This document shows, one piece after another, positions 26,670-40,579 of a stretch of DNA of 64,000 bases. The notes under the pieces were generated by a model that worked only from the letters and a program-made list of their open reading frames with translations, was not told the origin of the DNA and searched no databases. Numbering within the stretch: the stretch's first letter is position 1; each line of letters starts with the position of its first letter. Position numbers and translations under genes: made by a program. This DNA comes from Eledone cirrhosa (taxonomy: Eukaryota), in NCBI GenBank assembly GCA_964016885.1, contig OZ024757.1:1550001-1614000 (forward strand), in the 5' to 3' direction.

Positions 26670-26989
26670 TATATAGATATAGATATATATATATATGCAA
26701 ATGTTCCACTCACACTATTATTAGTATTATTGTTGTACTTATCATTTCACTAGCCTTCACAGCATATATTTATTTTTTACCCTCGTTTTGTTCCAGTATG
26801 ACTGTCTCTGTGAAGTCATCTACTCCCTTCCTCTCTCTGACATTATTATTATTGTTGTATTTATCATTTCGCTGGCCCCTTCACAACATGTATTTATTCT
26901 TTACCCTTGTCTTTGGCCAGTATGACTGTCTCTAACTGTCTCTACAAAGTCATCTACTCCCTTCGAAATGATAACATTTCGCCTTGTCT

Positions 26990-29900
26990 AATATAGGTAC
27001 TCGTAGCGATTTATTTCGCCGAAATACCCTGAGATGCTATAGGCTATGATGGCTACCTATCTCACAATTTCCCTCCCACCACCATAGCCTATTCGACCAA
27101 TCAAACCTCAGCATGTCCTCCCCACCAACCCCAACAAACTCTGCCATTATTACCACCACCACTGTTCTTCTAGCCCTGAATTCTCCTACCGTTATGTATG
27201 GATGAGCTGAGAATAAATGTAGCAACACCGAATTAATAAATGAAAATGAATACGCGAGCTACCAAGCTTCAATTCAGAGACAGGAAGCATACACACACCC
27301 CTGCAAAAATTTACCCTTTCCCACAAATGTTGACAAATGCCCAAAACTCCAAGTTTGTACCATCAATGTAAGCACAATGAAAGGAAGAGCAGGAGAAATC
27401 ATAGAGATGCTAGAGCAAAAGGAAATTGATGTATGCTGTGTGCAAGAGACTAGATGGAGAGGAGAGTTTGCCAAAGTCCTTGTAGGCAAAAGGCAGTGCT
27501 ACAAATTTTTCTGGGTGGGAAATGATGATGGGATGGGTGGTGTAGGTATCCTACGAGCTGACAAATGGGTAGATAAAGTAATCTCAGTGTACAGGGTAAA
27601 TGCAAGAATCATTAAACTCAGACTAGTCCTGAATAAAACAATTGCCACAATAATATCAGGGTTGCCAGACGAACTTAAGGATAGGTTTTACAAGTCCCTA
27701 ATGCACACTACTGCTCTAACAAACGACAATGACTTCCTAATCCTTGCAGGAGATTTTAATGGACAGCTTCTATAGAGTCCATGGAGGCCATGGGGTTGGC
27801 ACAAGAAATGAAGAGGCTTCAGGCTTCTAGAATTCTGCGATGCCAATGACATGTCGATATGTAACACAAACTTCAAAAAACATGACAACCATCTGATCAC
27901 CTATAGAGCAGGGGAGAATTCTAGTCAGATAGATTTTATCCTCATCAGAGGATGTGACAGATGGATGGTCGTAAACACAAAAGCCTTCCCTAGTGAGGAA
28001 TGTACCTCCCAACATAACTTAGTTGTCAGCGATCTCACGGTCAGAACTAGACGAACCTGGAAACAGAAGCCAGCCTGGAAAAGAAAGATCTGGAAGCTGA
28101 AAGACCCCTCAGCCAGTAACAGATTTAAAGATATTTTACTCAACACCTATGACAGTAAAGAAGAACAGATAGAGACATTCAATGTAGAAGAGCACTGGGA
28201 GTTCATAAAAAATAACTTACTAAAGGCGACAGATGAGATCTGTGGCTGGAGTAAGACCACAGGCAGGAGGAGAGTGACTTGGTGGTGGAACAATAAGGTA
28301 GATGAGGCAGTTAAGGCCAAGAGACAGGCATGGAAAGAATGGAAGAACGGAGGAAGCAGGGTACATTACATAGAGACCAAGAGGGAAGCTAGGCAACAAG
28401 TATACTTAGCTAGGAGGGAAGCAGAGGATAGAAAATTCAAGCATGTTTTGCAACGTGAGGACCAGAAGCAGGAGGTGTTCAAGATTGCGAGGCAGTGTGT
28501 CAGAGAGAATTGTGATGTCATTGGAGAGAAGTGCATCCGGAATAATAATGGTGAGCTTGCACTCACAAGTGCTGAGAAGAAATATGCGTGGAAGAGCCAT
28601 TATGATAGATTACTAAATGAGGAGAATGCATGGGAAGAAGAGACCCTACCCCAAGTAGACCCTATAGAGAGGCCAGCAGTACAAGTCAGCAGCAGCGTAG
28701 TAAGTAAGGTAATCAAAGATATGAAGACGAGGAAGGCAACTTGTCGCTCAGGTATAGCTGCCGAGATACCAAAGGCATCTGGGTCGGTAGGTCACACCAT
28801 AACCACACAAATTGTTAACCAGGTAATACTAGAAGGTGTCATACCAAAGGATTGGTGCAATAGCATCATTGTCAACTGCTACAAAGGTAAAGGTGATGCA
28901 CTAGATAGAGGAAACTATAGAGGTATAAAGCTGATAGACCAGGTCATGAAAGTAACAGAAAGAGTTATAGCACAGTTGATTAGGGACCGGGTGAAACTAG
29001 ATGAGATGCAATTTGGGTTTGTGCCAGGAAGAGGCACCACTGATGCCCTCTTCCTTGTGAGGCAATTACAGGAAAAGTACCTAGCTAAAAGTAAGCCACT
29101 CTACCTGGCATTCGTCGATCTCGAAAAAGCCTTTGACAGAGTTCCCCGTGCTATAATGTGATGGGCTCTTAGAAAACTAGGAGTAGATGAATGGCTTGTG
29201 AAAGCTGTACAAGCCATGTATAGGGGAGCAGTCAGCAAAGTTAGGATTAGCAATGACTATAGCGAGGAATTTAGCGTACAGGTCGGTGTCCACTAGGGCT
29301 CTGTTCTTAGCCCTCTCCTGTTCATCATAGTTCTGCAGGCAATAACGGAGGAGTTTAACACCGGATGCCCATAGGGACTTCTGTATGCAGATGACCTTGC
29401 ACTTATAGCTGAATCTATGGTAGAACTAGAGAAGAAATTCCAAACTTGGAAGCAGGGACTAGAAAGAAAAGGTCTCAAAGTCAACCTGACAAAGACTAAG
29501 GTCCTTGTAAGTACACGAGAAAACAGAACCCAGATCGCCTCAGGGAAATGGCCTTGATCAGTATGTAGGAAAGGTATAGGTAGGAACTCCATTCTCTGCC
29601 CCAAATGCAAACAATGGGTACACAAGAGATGTAGCGGGATCTCAGGAAGCTTAACTAAGAATGTAGGCTTCACATGTAGCAGCTGTGCTGGGACAGCAAG
29701 CAGCAAACAGCCACAGGAAACAAATACCACCAAAGTCTGGGAGGGCTCTGTAGAAACAGTAGACAGCTTCTGTTACCTAGGTGACCGAATTAGCAGTGGA
29801 GGTGGGTGTTCAGAAAGTACAATAACTAGGGTAAGAATGGGATGGAAGAAGTTCAGGGAGCTACTGCCACTGCTAGCTGCAAAAGGCTTTTACCTCAAAA

Positions 29901-30638
29901 TGAAAGGCAGACCGTATGATGCGTGCATCCGAACAGCAATGTTACATGGTAGTGAGACCTGGGTGCTGTCTGTGGAAGACTTGCGTAGATTAGAAAGAAA
30001 TGAAGCCTGCATGCTCCAATGGATGTAATAGTAATATATGCGAATGGCAAAGCATAAACGAATTGAGAAAGAGACTCAGCATAAGAGGAATCAAATGCTG
30101 TGTGCAGGAGAGGAGGTTATGTTGGTATGGACATGTGATGCGTATGAAGGATGACAGCTGCATTAAAAGGTGCAGAACACTAGAAGTCGATGGAAACCGC
30201 AGAGTGGGGAGACCCAAGAAGACCTGGGATGAGGTGATAAAAGCCGACCTTACCCAATTACACCTCTCAAAGGCGATGACACATGACCGTGACCTCTGGC
30301 GTCACACAGTAATACAGAAGACCCGACCCCCCACAGGAACAAGCCGAAGCTGAAGCATATAGACAATATGCCCTCACAAGTGGTCGTGGAGGTGCCACGG
30401 CGATCAAGCACCCAGCCCACACTGTAAAGTGGACGTGTAGGTGCCACGGAAAAAGAGCACCTAGCACTCACTGTAAATGAGGTTGGTGTTAGGAAGGGCA
30501 TCCAGCTGTAGAAACCAAGCCAGAATCAGTTCCCGTATGAGCAAGACAAGGTCAGCCGACTGGACACTGCTCAAAACAGGACAATCCGTCTAACCCATGC
30601 TAGCGTGGAAGAACAGATGTAAAACGGTGATGATGATG

Positions 30639-30640
<2 letters not shown>
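26990..30640 (+). mobile_element. Near full-length RTE LINE (APE, RT, PHD-like finger, C-terminus) with stops and frameshifts
   Basis: ORFs 27377-27775 (APE), 27851-29161 ([22 protein letters not shown]), LLYADD near 29380, and 29837-30353; 3'UTR and (GAT)n tail. The 5' boundary is approximate. Confidence 0.95.
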
Positions 30641-30669
<29 letters not shown>

Positions 30670-30670
30670 A

Positions 30671-30743
<73 letters not shown>

Positions 30744-30846
30744 TAGATAGATATATATTTATATATATAGATAGAGAGATATATATATAGATATATATAT
30801 AAGTTTAGGAATAACCAAAGAGTGCTTAGAAATTCATTGTTTTATT

Positions 30847-30893
30847 AGCTAACAGTGTTTCATCCATACTCTATGGCAGGAATCATCAGAGCC
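30847..30893 (-). ncRNA. Hammerhead-like fold in a Penelope-type terminus (~30800-31019)
   Basis: Minus strand GGCT-CTGATGA-ttcctgccatagagtatggat-GAAAC act GTT-AGCT. The flanks resemble the 49516-49630 hammerhead context. Confidence 0.6.
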
Positions 30894-31498
30894 TATAAAC
30901 AAGAGTATATCAATAGTTGCATGCTCCATCAAGCTGTGTCACCAGAACAAGGTTAAAAGACCAGCAGGGGGTTCCCAAGGCCAGCGCTATATAGAAAAAA
31001 ACACAATACATGACGCACATCTATATACTACTAAAACTCTGGTCTTGCGTGCTTGCTTGCTTGTCTGTTATGTAATACAGCCAAAAGGGCGCATAATGGG
31101 TAAATACTTTGAAAGCAAGTTGCCTCTGAAATGGGAATACAAATTGAATAAAACAAGTTTCGCAAAAACCTGACCCCGGGTTCCCGAGATTCGCGGGTTT
31201 TGAGGGTACCTTCGTAAATAGCCACAACGGTGCATACTGGGAAAATACCTCGAAATTAACATAACCCTGCAAAACTTCGTAAATAGCCAAAACATTGCAT
31301 AATGAGAAAATACTCTAAATAAAACAAGTTTGGCATAAATCGCACATGGACAATATTTTCAATTTTCCAAAAATAGCAAGAAATTCATCTAAATTCAATT
31401 TATCTTATTTTATAATGAATATCGAAAGAAATAATCCGTTTGTCTTTTGGTTGTCCATTCTGTAGGTAAGAGAGACAGAGAGGGGGTGAGAGAGAGAG

Positions 31499-31539
<41 letters not shown>

Positions 31540-31776
31540 TGAGAGAGAGAGGGGGGATGACAGATAGGGAAAGAGACAGCGTCCTTAACTTTTATTTATT
31601 TTAACTCTCCCCCTATCCATAAAGTTATTTCTTTCTCTCTCTTTCACAGTTCTACTGCCACTGTGTGTATCTGTATGTGTATGTGTGTCAGTGCATGTGT
31701 TTACGTACTTAGAGACATGTGTGTATGTGTGTGTGTGTAACAGTACTTAAGTTAGAGACATATATATATATATATA

Positions 31777-31813
<37 letters not shown>

Positions 31814-31934
31814 GATACCTTCGTAAATAGTCAAAACGGTACATTGTGGAAAAATAGCCCTGTAAGTGATATAACTCTGAAATGGGGATAAAACAAGTTT
31901 GACGTAAATCGACATAAAAATATTTCTCGAATGA

Positions 31935-32105
31935 TGAGGGTCGGACGCCATGCTTTCCAGCATAGTTACGTCCCTTTACGATCTGAGTTCAAATCCCGCC
32001 GAGGTTGACTTTGCCTTTCATCCTTACGGGGTCGATAAAATAAAGTACCAGTAATGAACTGGGTATGTGCTGGCCTTGTGCCTAAAGTAGACACAAATAA
32101 TTATT
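31935..32105 (+). mobile_element. tRNA-derived SINE nested in the Helitron
   Basis: B-box GAGTTCAAATCCC, then gcctttcatccttacggggtcgataaa..aagtaccag; same head as 4123-4218. Confidence 0.72.
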
Positions 32106-32779
32106 AAAGAAAAATTTTTCAGTGATTTCTCAGTGAATATGATTTCAAAAGTACAAGTTGTTTGTACTTCAAGTATCTATATTTGAGCTTTCTTTAAACA
32201 GAAGATATTTTAATTATCAGAAAAGCATTAAGTGAATATCACTGAAAAATACCAGTTGATGTTAAACAGTAGGTGTTTATATTTTGGCTTTTGTTAAAAA
32301 GAATATTTCAATTATTTAGAAATATTTTAAAGTGAATTTGATTTCACAAATAGCTTTATTTACACAGACAATATCTTCATTTTTTAAAAATTATTTTCAA
32401 GTGAATACGATGGAAAAAATATTTCTTGGCATATTTAAAAAATATTCTTAAGTGAATATAAATTATTTGTACACTGAGTATATATATTTCAGCTTTCTTT
32501 AAACAGAATATTTTAATTATTAATAAGTATTTTTTAAGTGAATATAATTTGAAAAATACGAGTTGTTTAAATAGACAATATTTTCATTATTTAGAAATAT
32601 TTCTAAATGATGATTTAAAAAAAATATTTGTTGAGGTAATAGGAATTTTTTCTAAGGTGAATACAATTTTCTATTCTTAAATAATACCTCAACAAGGAAG
32701 AAAGAAAACATCTGGTTGGTCTATTGATAGTGGAAAGAAAGCACGGCTAAGGAAAGCCGAAGAAGGTGAGCAAGATAGT

Positions 32780-35700
32780 GGTCAACGCCAACAAGATCGG
32801 GACAGGCATGCAAATAGAAGGATCGATGAGACTGATAAAGCAAGGGCTGCGCGTCTGGCGGAACAGAGGGAAAGAGACAGAAGCAGGAGACATTATGAAT
32901 TGGATGGTCGGAGAGCTGAGCGTCTGGCGGAACAGAGGGAAAGAGACAGAAGCAGGAGACATTATGAATTGGATGGTCGGAGAGCTGAGCGTCTGGCGGA
33001 ACAGAGGGAAAGAGACAGAAGCAGGAGAGATCATGAATCGGATGGTCGGAGAACTGAACGTCTTTGCCAACAAACCATTAGGGATAGAGCAAGGACAGTT
33101 CAACGACGTGACCCCTCTGCTGATGTTGGACAGATAAATAAGATCTGTGTCTGTTGTCATGCAATGCTTTTTCATGGTGAAACTGCTAACTTTTGCTGTA
33201 TGAATGGCAAAGTCAGGTTGGGGAATCTGAAACCTTTACCCCAGGAACTTCACAATTTATTTAGTACTGATCAACCTAGGGCAAACGAGTTCAGGAGGAA
33301 CCTCAGACAATACAACTGCCTGTTCCAAATGACATCTTTTGGGGCCAAAGAAGTTCATTCTTCAAGGTGTGGATGGAATCCTTCTATCGTTATTCATGGT
33401 CAAATTCACCATTACATTGGTTCCTTAACCCTTAATCCCAACGAACAACCCCATTTCTTCAAATTTACTTCTTGGATCCTCAGGATAGTGTTGATTTGAG
33501 GATCAGGATACTCCATAACGATGGCATTCAGCGCGACATAGTTGAATTATTGGAAATAATACTCAGTCAATATAACCCTTACGATGCTTCATTTCGAATG
33601 GCAAAAGAACAAATTAAAAATATTCCCGAAGCTTCGATTATTATTGATCCTGATAGGAGACCAGCAATGGAACATGAGAGAAGATTCAATGCACAAACTG
33701 CAAACGAAGTTGCCGTTATTATACAAAACAGCACCAAACTTCAAGCAAAAGCACGGCACATTGTGTTGAAAGAAAAAGGCGGACAATTGCAAATAATCTC
33801 AGAGTCCCATCGGTCCTATGACAGTTTGCAGTATGTTCTATTTTTTTCCTTTTGGCGATGACAGATGGCATCATGAGCTGTTAATGAGCAACAGAAAGAA
33901 GTTGATGCCAATGCTACTATGCCTATCGAATAATGAACCATGAGAATGAATTCAACCAACTTCTCAGAGGTGGTCGTTTATTTCAGCAATATTTGGTTGA
34001 CATGGCTGCGAAGATTGAAGGAGATAGACCTCAATACATCCGAATGAATCAAACGTCATTGCGATCTACAACATACAAGGGCCTTACTGACGCATTGAAT
34101 GATGATGACGATTTTCGCAATATTGGCAGGCGAATCATACTCTCTTCCACATTTATCAGTGGACCGAGATATATGATGGAGCGATGCCAGGATGCCATGA
34201 TGTACATACAGAAGTACGGCAATCCTTCGTTCTTCATCACAATGACATGCAATCCAAACTGGCCTGAAATCCGGCAAAACCTATTCCTGAATCAGAAGCC
34301 ACATGACAGGCCAGATTTAATTGCCAGAGTATTTGACCTGAAGCAGAAACTGTTAAGAAAGTATCTAACTGGAGTAGATGGCCTATTTGGCAAGTGCATT
34401 GCTTACGTGCTGACAGTCGAATATCAAAAGCGAGGTCTTCCTCATCTGCACTGTTTGCTATGGCTCAATGAAGCCTCCAAGCCCAGACCGCAGGAATATG
34501 ATAAATTTGTTCAAGCCGAAATACCAGATCCAAACAAAGATTCAGAGGGTCATGAATTGGTGCTGAAGCACATGATCCACGGTCCGAATTGCTCTAACAA
34601 TTCGCCGTGTTGGAAAGATGGAACGTGCAGTAAGCGGTACCCTAAGCCTTTCAATGAATATACATTGTGTGGACAGGACTCTTATCCTGTGTACAGAAGA
34701 CGGTCTCCAGGAATGGGAGGATTTGAGGGGTATCAAGAAGGAAGGGGAAGCCGAAATATAACTTTGGAATGGGTGGTTCCCTACAATATGAAACTATTAA
34801 AACTGTTCAACTGCCACCTAAATGTAGAGATGTGCTCTTCCGTGAAATCGATCAAATACGTTATCAAATATACCATGAAGGGCAGTGATCAGGCAATGTT
34901 TGGAGTGAACAGGGAAGATGAGATAATACAGTATTTAACAGGAAGATATATCGGTCCTTCAGAAGCTGTTGCCTTGGTACTTGGATTTCCAATTCATGAG
35001 AGAGAACCGGCCGTAGTTAGCCTTCAAGTTCATCTATCTGAGGAAAATCAAATCTTCTTTCGGGTCACAGCTGCTGTTAAAGTAAACAATAACATGGCTA
35101 AGACGACTCTGATCTTTGCGATCGCAATCCGTTTGCAAAAACATTGTATTATGCCGATGTCCCAAAGTTTTACACTTGGAGTAATGAGATGGGAAAGGAG
35201 AAAGGTGGGGAAAACAGTTGAGCAGTATCCAGGGATTTTTGAGGCGAACGTTTTGGGACGAGTATACACTGTTTCTCCACGAAGTGGTGACCTGTATTAT
35301 TTAAGACTCCTTCTGCATCATGTCAAAGGGCCAGTATCCTTCAACTCTTTGAAAATGTGTGATGGAGAACTCCTGACATTATTCAAAAACGTCTGCAGAG
35401 AGAAAGGTTTGCTTCAATCGGATGATCATTGGCAGCAGACTCTGGAAGATGCTGAGCGAACAAGGCTTCCCAAAGCCATCGTGCTCCTCACAAATACGGA
35501 AATTGACAATTCCAGTGCTTTATGGGCTCGATTTAAGCATTCGCTGTCTGAGGATTACCTTCAAATAGAAAAAAGGGCTACCAGAAACTCTAATCTTTTG
35601 ATTAGCGAGAGACATTATGATCAATGTCTTCTGTATTTTGAAGACAAACTTAACGACCTGGGCAAAAGTCTTAGTAACTTAAATTGCCAAGGCCAAATAA

Positions 35701-37100
35701 TATTGTTGCTAATCAGGATATTGGCAATTTGGAGTTATTGCATGAATTGCAATACAGCAGAGAAGAGCAGCGACGATTTGTAGAAGAGACGGAGCCTCTA
35801 TTGAATAGTGAACAAAAATACGTGTACGACTTCGTTTGTAACAGTTTAGAGATGAACACATCTGCATAGATTTTCATTGACGCTCCAGGTGGAACAGGAA
35901 AGACATTCCTGATTAACTTAATTCTTTCAAAAGTCAGGGGAAACGGTGACGTGGCTATTGCTGTGGTATCAGTGGAAGAACAGCGCATTCTAGGTTCAAA
36001 ATACCGATAGTAGTGAAAGAAAATGGTCTGTGCAACATTGATAAAAACTCAAAGATGGCAAACATCTTCAGCATACAAGGCTGATTGTTTGGGATGAGTG
36101 TCCTATGATTCAGAGGGAAAGCTTCGAAGCTGTTGATCTCACTCTGCGGGACATATGCGACAACAATGAGGCATTCGGTGGAATTTTGGAAATTTGCTGT
36201 GGCGATTTCCGTCAGCTTCTTCCGGTAGTGAAAAGGGGAAATGAAGCGGACGTGGAAAACGCCTGCATTAAAAAATCCTACTTCAAAAGATTTCAGTTGA
36301 AGACAAACATGCGATTGGGTGGAGGAGCAGGAGACTATTCACAGTTCCTATTGGATATTGGAGAAGATAAGATAAAAAAAACCTGAAAATGAGGAAATTA
36401 TTTTGCCAAAAGAAATGGTTCTCCAAGCAACAACTATGGAAGAAAGTATTGATTTCATCTACCCCTCATTCGACAATCCAGCTGAAGTGTTTTCCAACAA
36501 TTGCATCTCAATAAAATGATGAGAAGCATCAATTCCACCTGTATCAGACTCTTCCCTGGAACCATAAAAGAGTACCGATCCTATAATTCTGTGAGTAATG
36601 GTCCCAATGCCACTCATTTCCCGACTGAATTCCTTGATTCGGTTGAACTATCAGGACTGCCACCACATAACCTGGAATTGAAAAAATAATCGCCAATAAT
36701 TCTAATGAGAAACTTGAATCCTCCAAGGCTTTGTAATGGAACGTGCTTGATCGTGGAAGAACTGCACGACAATCTCATAGTAGCAAGAACCAACACTGCT
36801 GCTTTCAGAAATGAGATCGTTATGATAGCTAGAATAAGAATTAATCTATCCGAAGGTGAGGATATCCCTTTGCAGCGAAGCCAATTCCCAGTTCAATCGT
36901 GCGTCGCTATGACTATTCATAAAGCACAAGGACAAACTGTGGAAAACGTCTTGGTTTATCTGGGACGACCTGTATTCCAACACGGTCAATGTATGTAGCC
37001 CTTAGCCGCGGAAAACGAAAAGAAAATGTCAGAGTGTTTATGAAGGATGCCCAGTCAACTAAGAATGTTGTCATCAAAAGCATTCTTTTGAACAAACTGT
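32780..37100 (+). pseudogene. Helitron RepHel (HUH Rep plus Pif1-family helicase), many frameshifts and stops
   Basis: CC.NGKV..YNCLFQMTSFG; HRSYDSLQYVL; FFITMTCNPNWPEI; VEYQKRGLPHLH; KYVIKY; DAPGGTGKTFL; WDECPM; GDFRQLLPV; MRNL..LCNGT; AMTIHKAQGQT. Confidence 0.95.
32848..33062 (+). repeat. ~69-bp coding tandem repeat (x3) at the RepHel N-terminus
   Basis: Encodes repeated ERLAEQRERDRSRRHYELDGRRA. Confidence 0.85.
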
Positions 37101-39499
37101 AACAGCGTAAATATGAGAAAATGTTGATTCCGACGTCAGAAAAAGAAAGGAAAAGGAAAAACTAAGACAAGTAAGAATTTCTTTCAAATTTTTGTAAATA
37201 AAACCAGCTTTTCATTAACATTGCAACTTTTTAAGCAGAAAAATCTTTCAGAACAAACAGTCAAGCATCCATAGAGATATAGAAAAAAGAATTTTGAAGT
37301 GGAGTGATTGGATAGCTATTAGTGAAAAATGATTTGATATTTTCTTTGTGAAAATACTTGTGAATAATACAGTGAAAAGACAAGTTTCATGTAAATCAGA
37401 CCACGGGTTCCCGAGATACGCGGGTTTTTTCGGGTACCTTTATAAATAGCCAAATCAGCGCATAATGGGAAAATACTTTGAAAGTAAGTACTTTGAAATG
37501 CGAATACAAATGCAGATAGTGGTTGTGAGAGAGAGAGAGCTGGTGGTGTTGTTGAATGAAATTATGACAGGTGACTTCAAAGAATTGAATACAGCATTAC
37601 TGTATCTAGCTTGAATTTGGTGACTGAATATTAAGTTATATGTATCTTATAACTTGTGTTAGGACAGGATGTGTGTCTGTAACCAGTGTATATAGGCCAC
37701 AGACACCCATACACACAAATGCACATATATATACATACATATACACACATATATATATATATATACGTACATATACACACAAACATACACGTATATATAT
37801 ATATTGGCTTTCCAATGTCATTTTACATTATATACATTTTGTGTAAATTTTAATTATTTAAAAATTATTTTTAAGTGAACATGACCCAACGGGTCACGGG
37901 TGGTCTAGTAATGTCATAAAATGTCATAAAAAATTACATCAAAAATTTATCACATAAATGGTGCAATAGATAAGGAGGTTGGGAGAGGGTAGCAAGGAAT
38001 GAGTGAAGGTGTTACTCAGCATGATCAAAAACAATAAAAAAAACAATAAAAAAACAAAAAAACAAAAAACAAAAAACAAAGCAAAGCATAGATACATCAA
38101 AGCACAAGCAGTGCAAATACAGGATGTACAGGCAGATTAAGAGAGCTTGCAAGCATGAGTCTGTGAGAAGGATAGTTGGTTAGCGGTGGTGCACCTTTAC
38201 ATGTATGATTGTCTATAGGAAGGATGGTGCACTCCAGTTATATCGCCTTATAACAGGTCGATCCTCCGTATCATATCAGCACCCTACGGACCACATCCAT
38301 TGGTTCCAGTTCCGAGCATTAGGCGAAATAACACTATGTTTCCAAAACATATACTCCGGGGATTTATCCGCATAGGCGGTCTGCGATAGACACCTAAAAT
38401 CTAAAATAAAATAAAGTACGATGAGTTGAAGAAAGGTAGGGTACATGTACAGCCGACACTCCAGTGAGGAAATTGAAAATACGACAGGTCCGCAATAACT
38501 GCCATCTCCCAAAGTCCTCACGTTCGGTCACTCAACCCAACGTCCCAAGTGAAATTCACTGTTGGCCGAATCGGCATCGAACCAAAGTGTCATACCGTAT
38601 ACAATTATACCACTGTAAATGTAAATTGTGATGGCTATTCCGTCACATAGACAGAAGGTGTGTACAGAGAGCTCCACTTCCAGAATTACCTATGGCAGAG
38701 TGGAAGAAAAGCAGACATGGTTACAATAATAAGCGGGTTTATTAGAGTGAGTACAAATTTCTGTAGAATATATAGAAAACTCACGGCTAAAACTGTCAAT
38801 GACAACAATGTTATTTACATGTTCGCCACGTGATTTTCATGTAGATTACTGAGTTCGGAGGTTGTAATCCATTCCTATCGGGTGTGACCCACGATATATA
38901 TATATATGTATAGATATATATATATAGATATATATACACATAAGGTAAATATTGATGCAATTCAATTCAAGCACTCAACGTACTTTTTCCACTTAGGAGT
39001 GACGGAGTATGTATCGAATAAGAAAAGCGAAGTAGTTTCAGATGTTAAAGTCCTTTAATGATAATGCTGTGATACATATTTCAATGACAACACTGGCCAC
39101 ACTGTTCTGTGTGCCAGTGTCGTGACATCGTCAGACAGCTTGTTACATAATAAGGTTATGTTTCCAAGGCAATCCAAATTGAATCGATATAGGAACGGAC
39201 AAAGCGTGTGGTCTTGAGTTCTTCGCCCGTTCCCTTGTGAGTCCCAATTCACCCCCACCGGTCTGCTCTGCACAGGCGCAGGTCCGAAGCAAGTTGACCA
39301 TCAACTACTGCGGAGTTCTACGAAACTTGCCTAGGCAGGTCGCCCTCTCAACCAAACAATGACCCCATCCAGGCCTGTAATATGACACGGTTATAGCTTA
39401 CTGCTAGCCACCCTGTTAGTGGCAGCCGGCCTAAAGCTAGTGGGGGAGGGAGAGTATGAGTATCAATAGGTCTCAATACTACCCTAAATTAAGCATGGA

Positions 39500-40558
39500 C
39501 AGTAGATGCACAAACGCACACTCAGGCTACGGCACCTCCACGTATTCCTCACCGAACAACCGGTGTGGGTCCCGTTCGTGAGGCGAGCCTTCCCGCAACT
39601 CGTCTCGCTGACCGAGCTGCAGTCCTGGGTCAAGCAAAGACCGAGGAAAATGGGCGACTGGCACATTGAATGTGCTCAGGCGCTCACAGTCCTCTGGAAA
39701 ACGGACCCGGCAATCAGTGGAGACTCCACCTCATCATTCTATAAAGGGTTGGTCCGCAGCAAGTGCGACAACACTCTCGGAGAAACTCTAGGTGTAGAGG
39801 AAGACGAACTGGCGAGTCTGTTCGGTAGGACCTTCCACCCGGGACCGATGGACAACTTCCAAAAGTCCCTGGCCTGGCAGTGTTACCAAGGAGCTCTACC
39901 CGTTCGAGAAAGCTCTACAGACACGGGCGCCCGGGCAGGAATCCCTCGAAAAAGATCTGTCCGAGATACGTGTGGGACAAGGAAACCGTTGCGCATGCAT
40001 TCGTGCACTGCCCAGGCGTTACCGACCTGTGGAGCTATGCAGAACGACTACCATCGTGGGTGGGAGAAATCCGGTTGACCACCGAGTCCATTATTGCGAT
40101 CAAACCGCCACCTTCCTTCAAAAACGAAGGAGAGGCGGTTTTCCTCTGTGCAATGACTATATGGTGGACGAGACTGAAAGGGCTGAGGTCAGACACCTTC
40201 CTCTCCGGCGAACAACTGGTTTGCTTCTTCAAATATCATTTTAGAAGAAGAATCAGAGTGGAGAGAGAGGTGCTGCACCCCAGCACATTTTACGAAAGGT
40301 GGGTGAATGTGGCAAGCCTGTAGATCAAGGAAGAAGAGGAAGAGAAGAGAGGAGTGCTCGCTCTTCGTACTCCTGGAGATGAGGGTTGTACATTTTTTCG
40401 GGGTTGTGCAACCCATTTGTAACGCCCCCCCCCCTCCTCCATTGGGGATTTCGTTTGTTTTATTTGTTATTTTTGTTATACATTTTTACACGCCTTGTAT
40501 GTAAAATCTCCAATTATATTTGTCCCCATCTTTTGCACCCTTGTGGCAAATAAAGAAA
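39500..40558 (+). mobile_element. 5'-truncated L1/Tx1-like LINE, same family as 11689-13200
   Basis: ORFs 39506-40078 and 39880-40323 align to the 11923-13200 protein; AATAAAGAAA runs directly into (TA)n. Confidence 0.9.
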
Positions 40559-40579
40559 TATATATATATATATATATAT

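Larger units (their letters stand above)
31020..37908 (+). mobile_element. Full-length decayed Helitron
   Basis: 5' A|TCTATATACTACTAAAA; 3' hairpin TGACCC-aac-GGGTCA (37882-37896), then CTAG|T (37905-37908). Inserted between A and T with no TSD; internal Rep-helicase. Confidence 0.92.
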
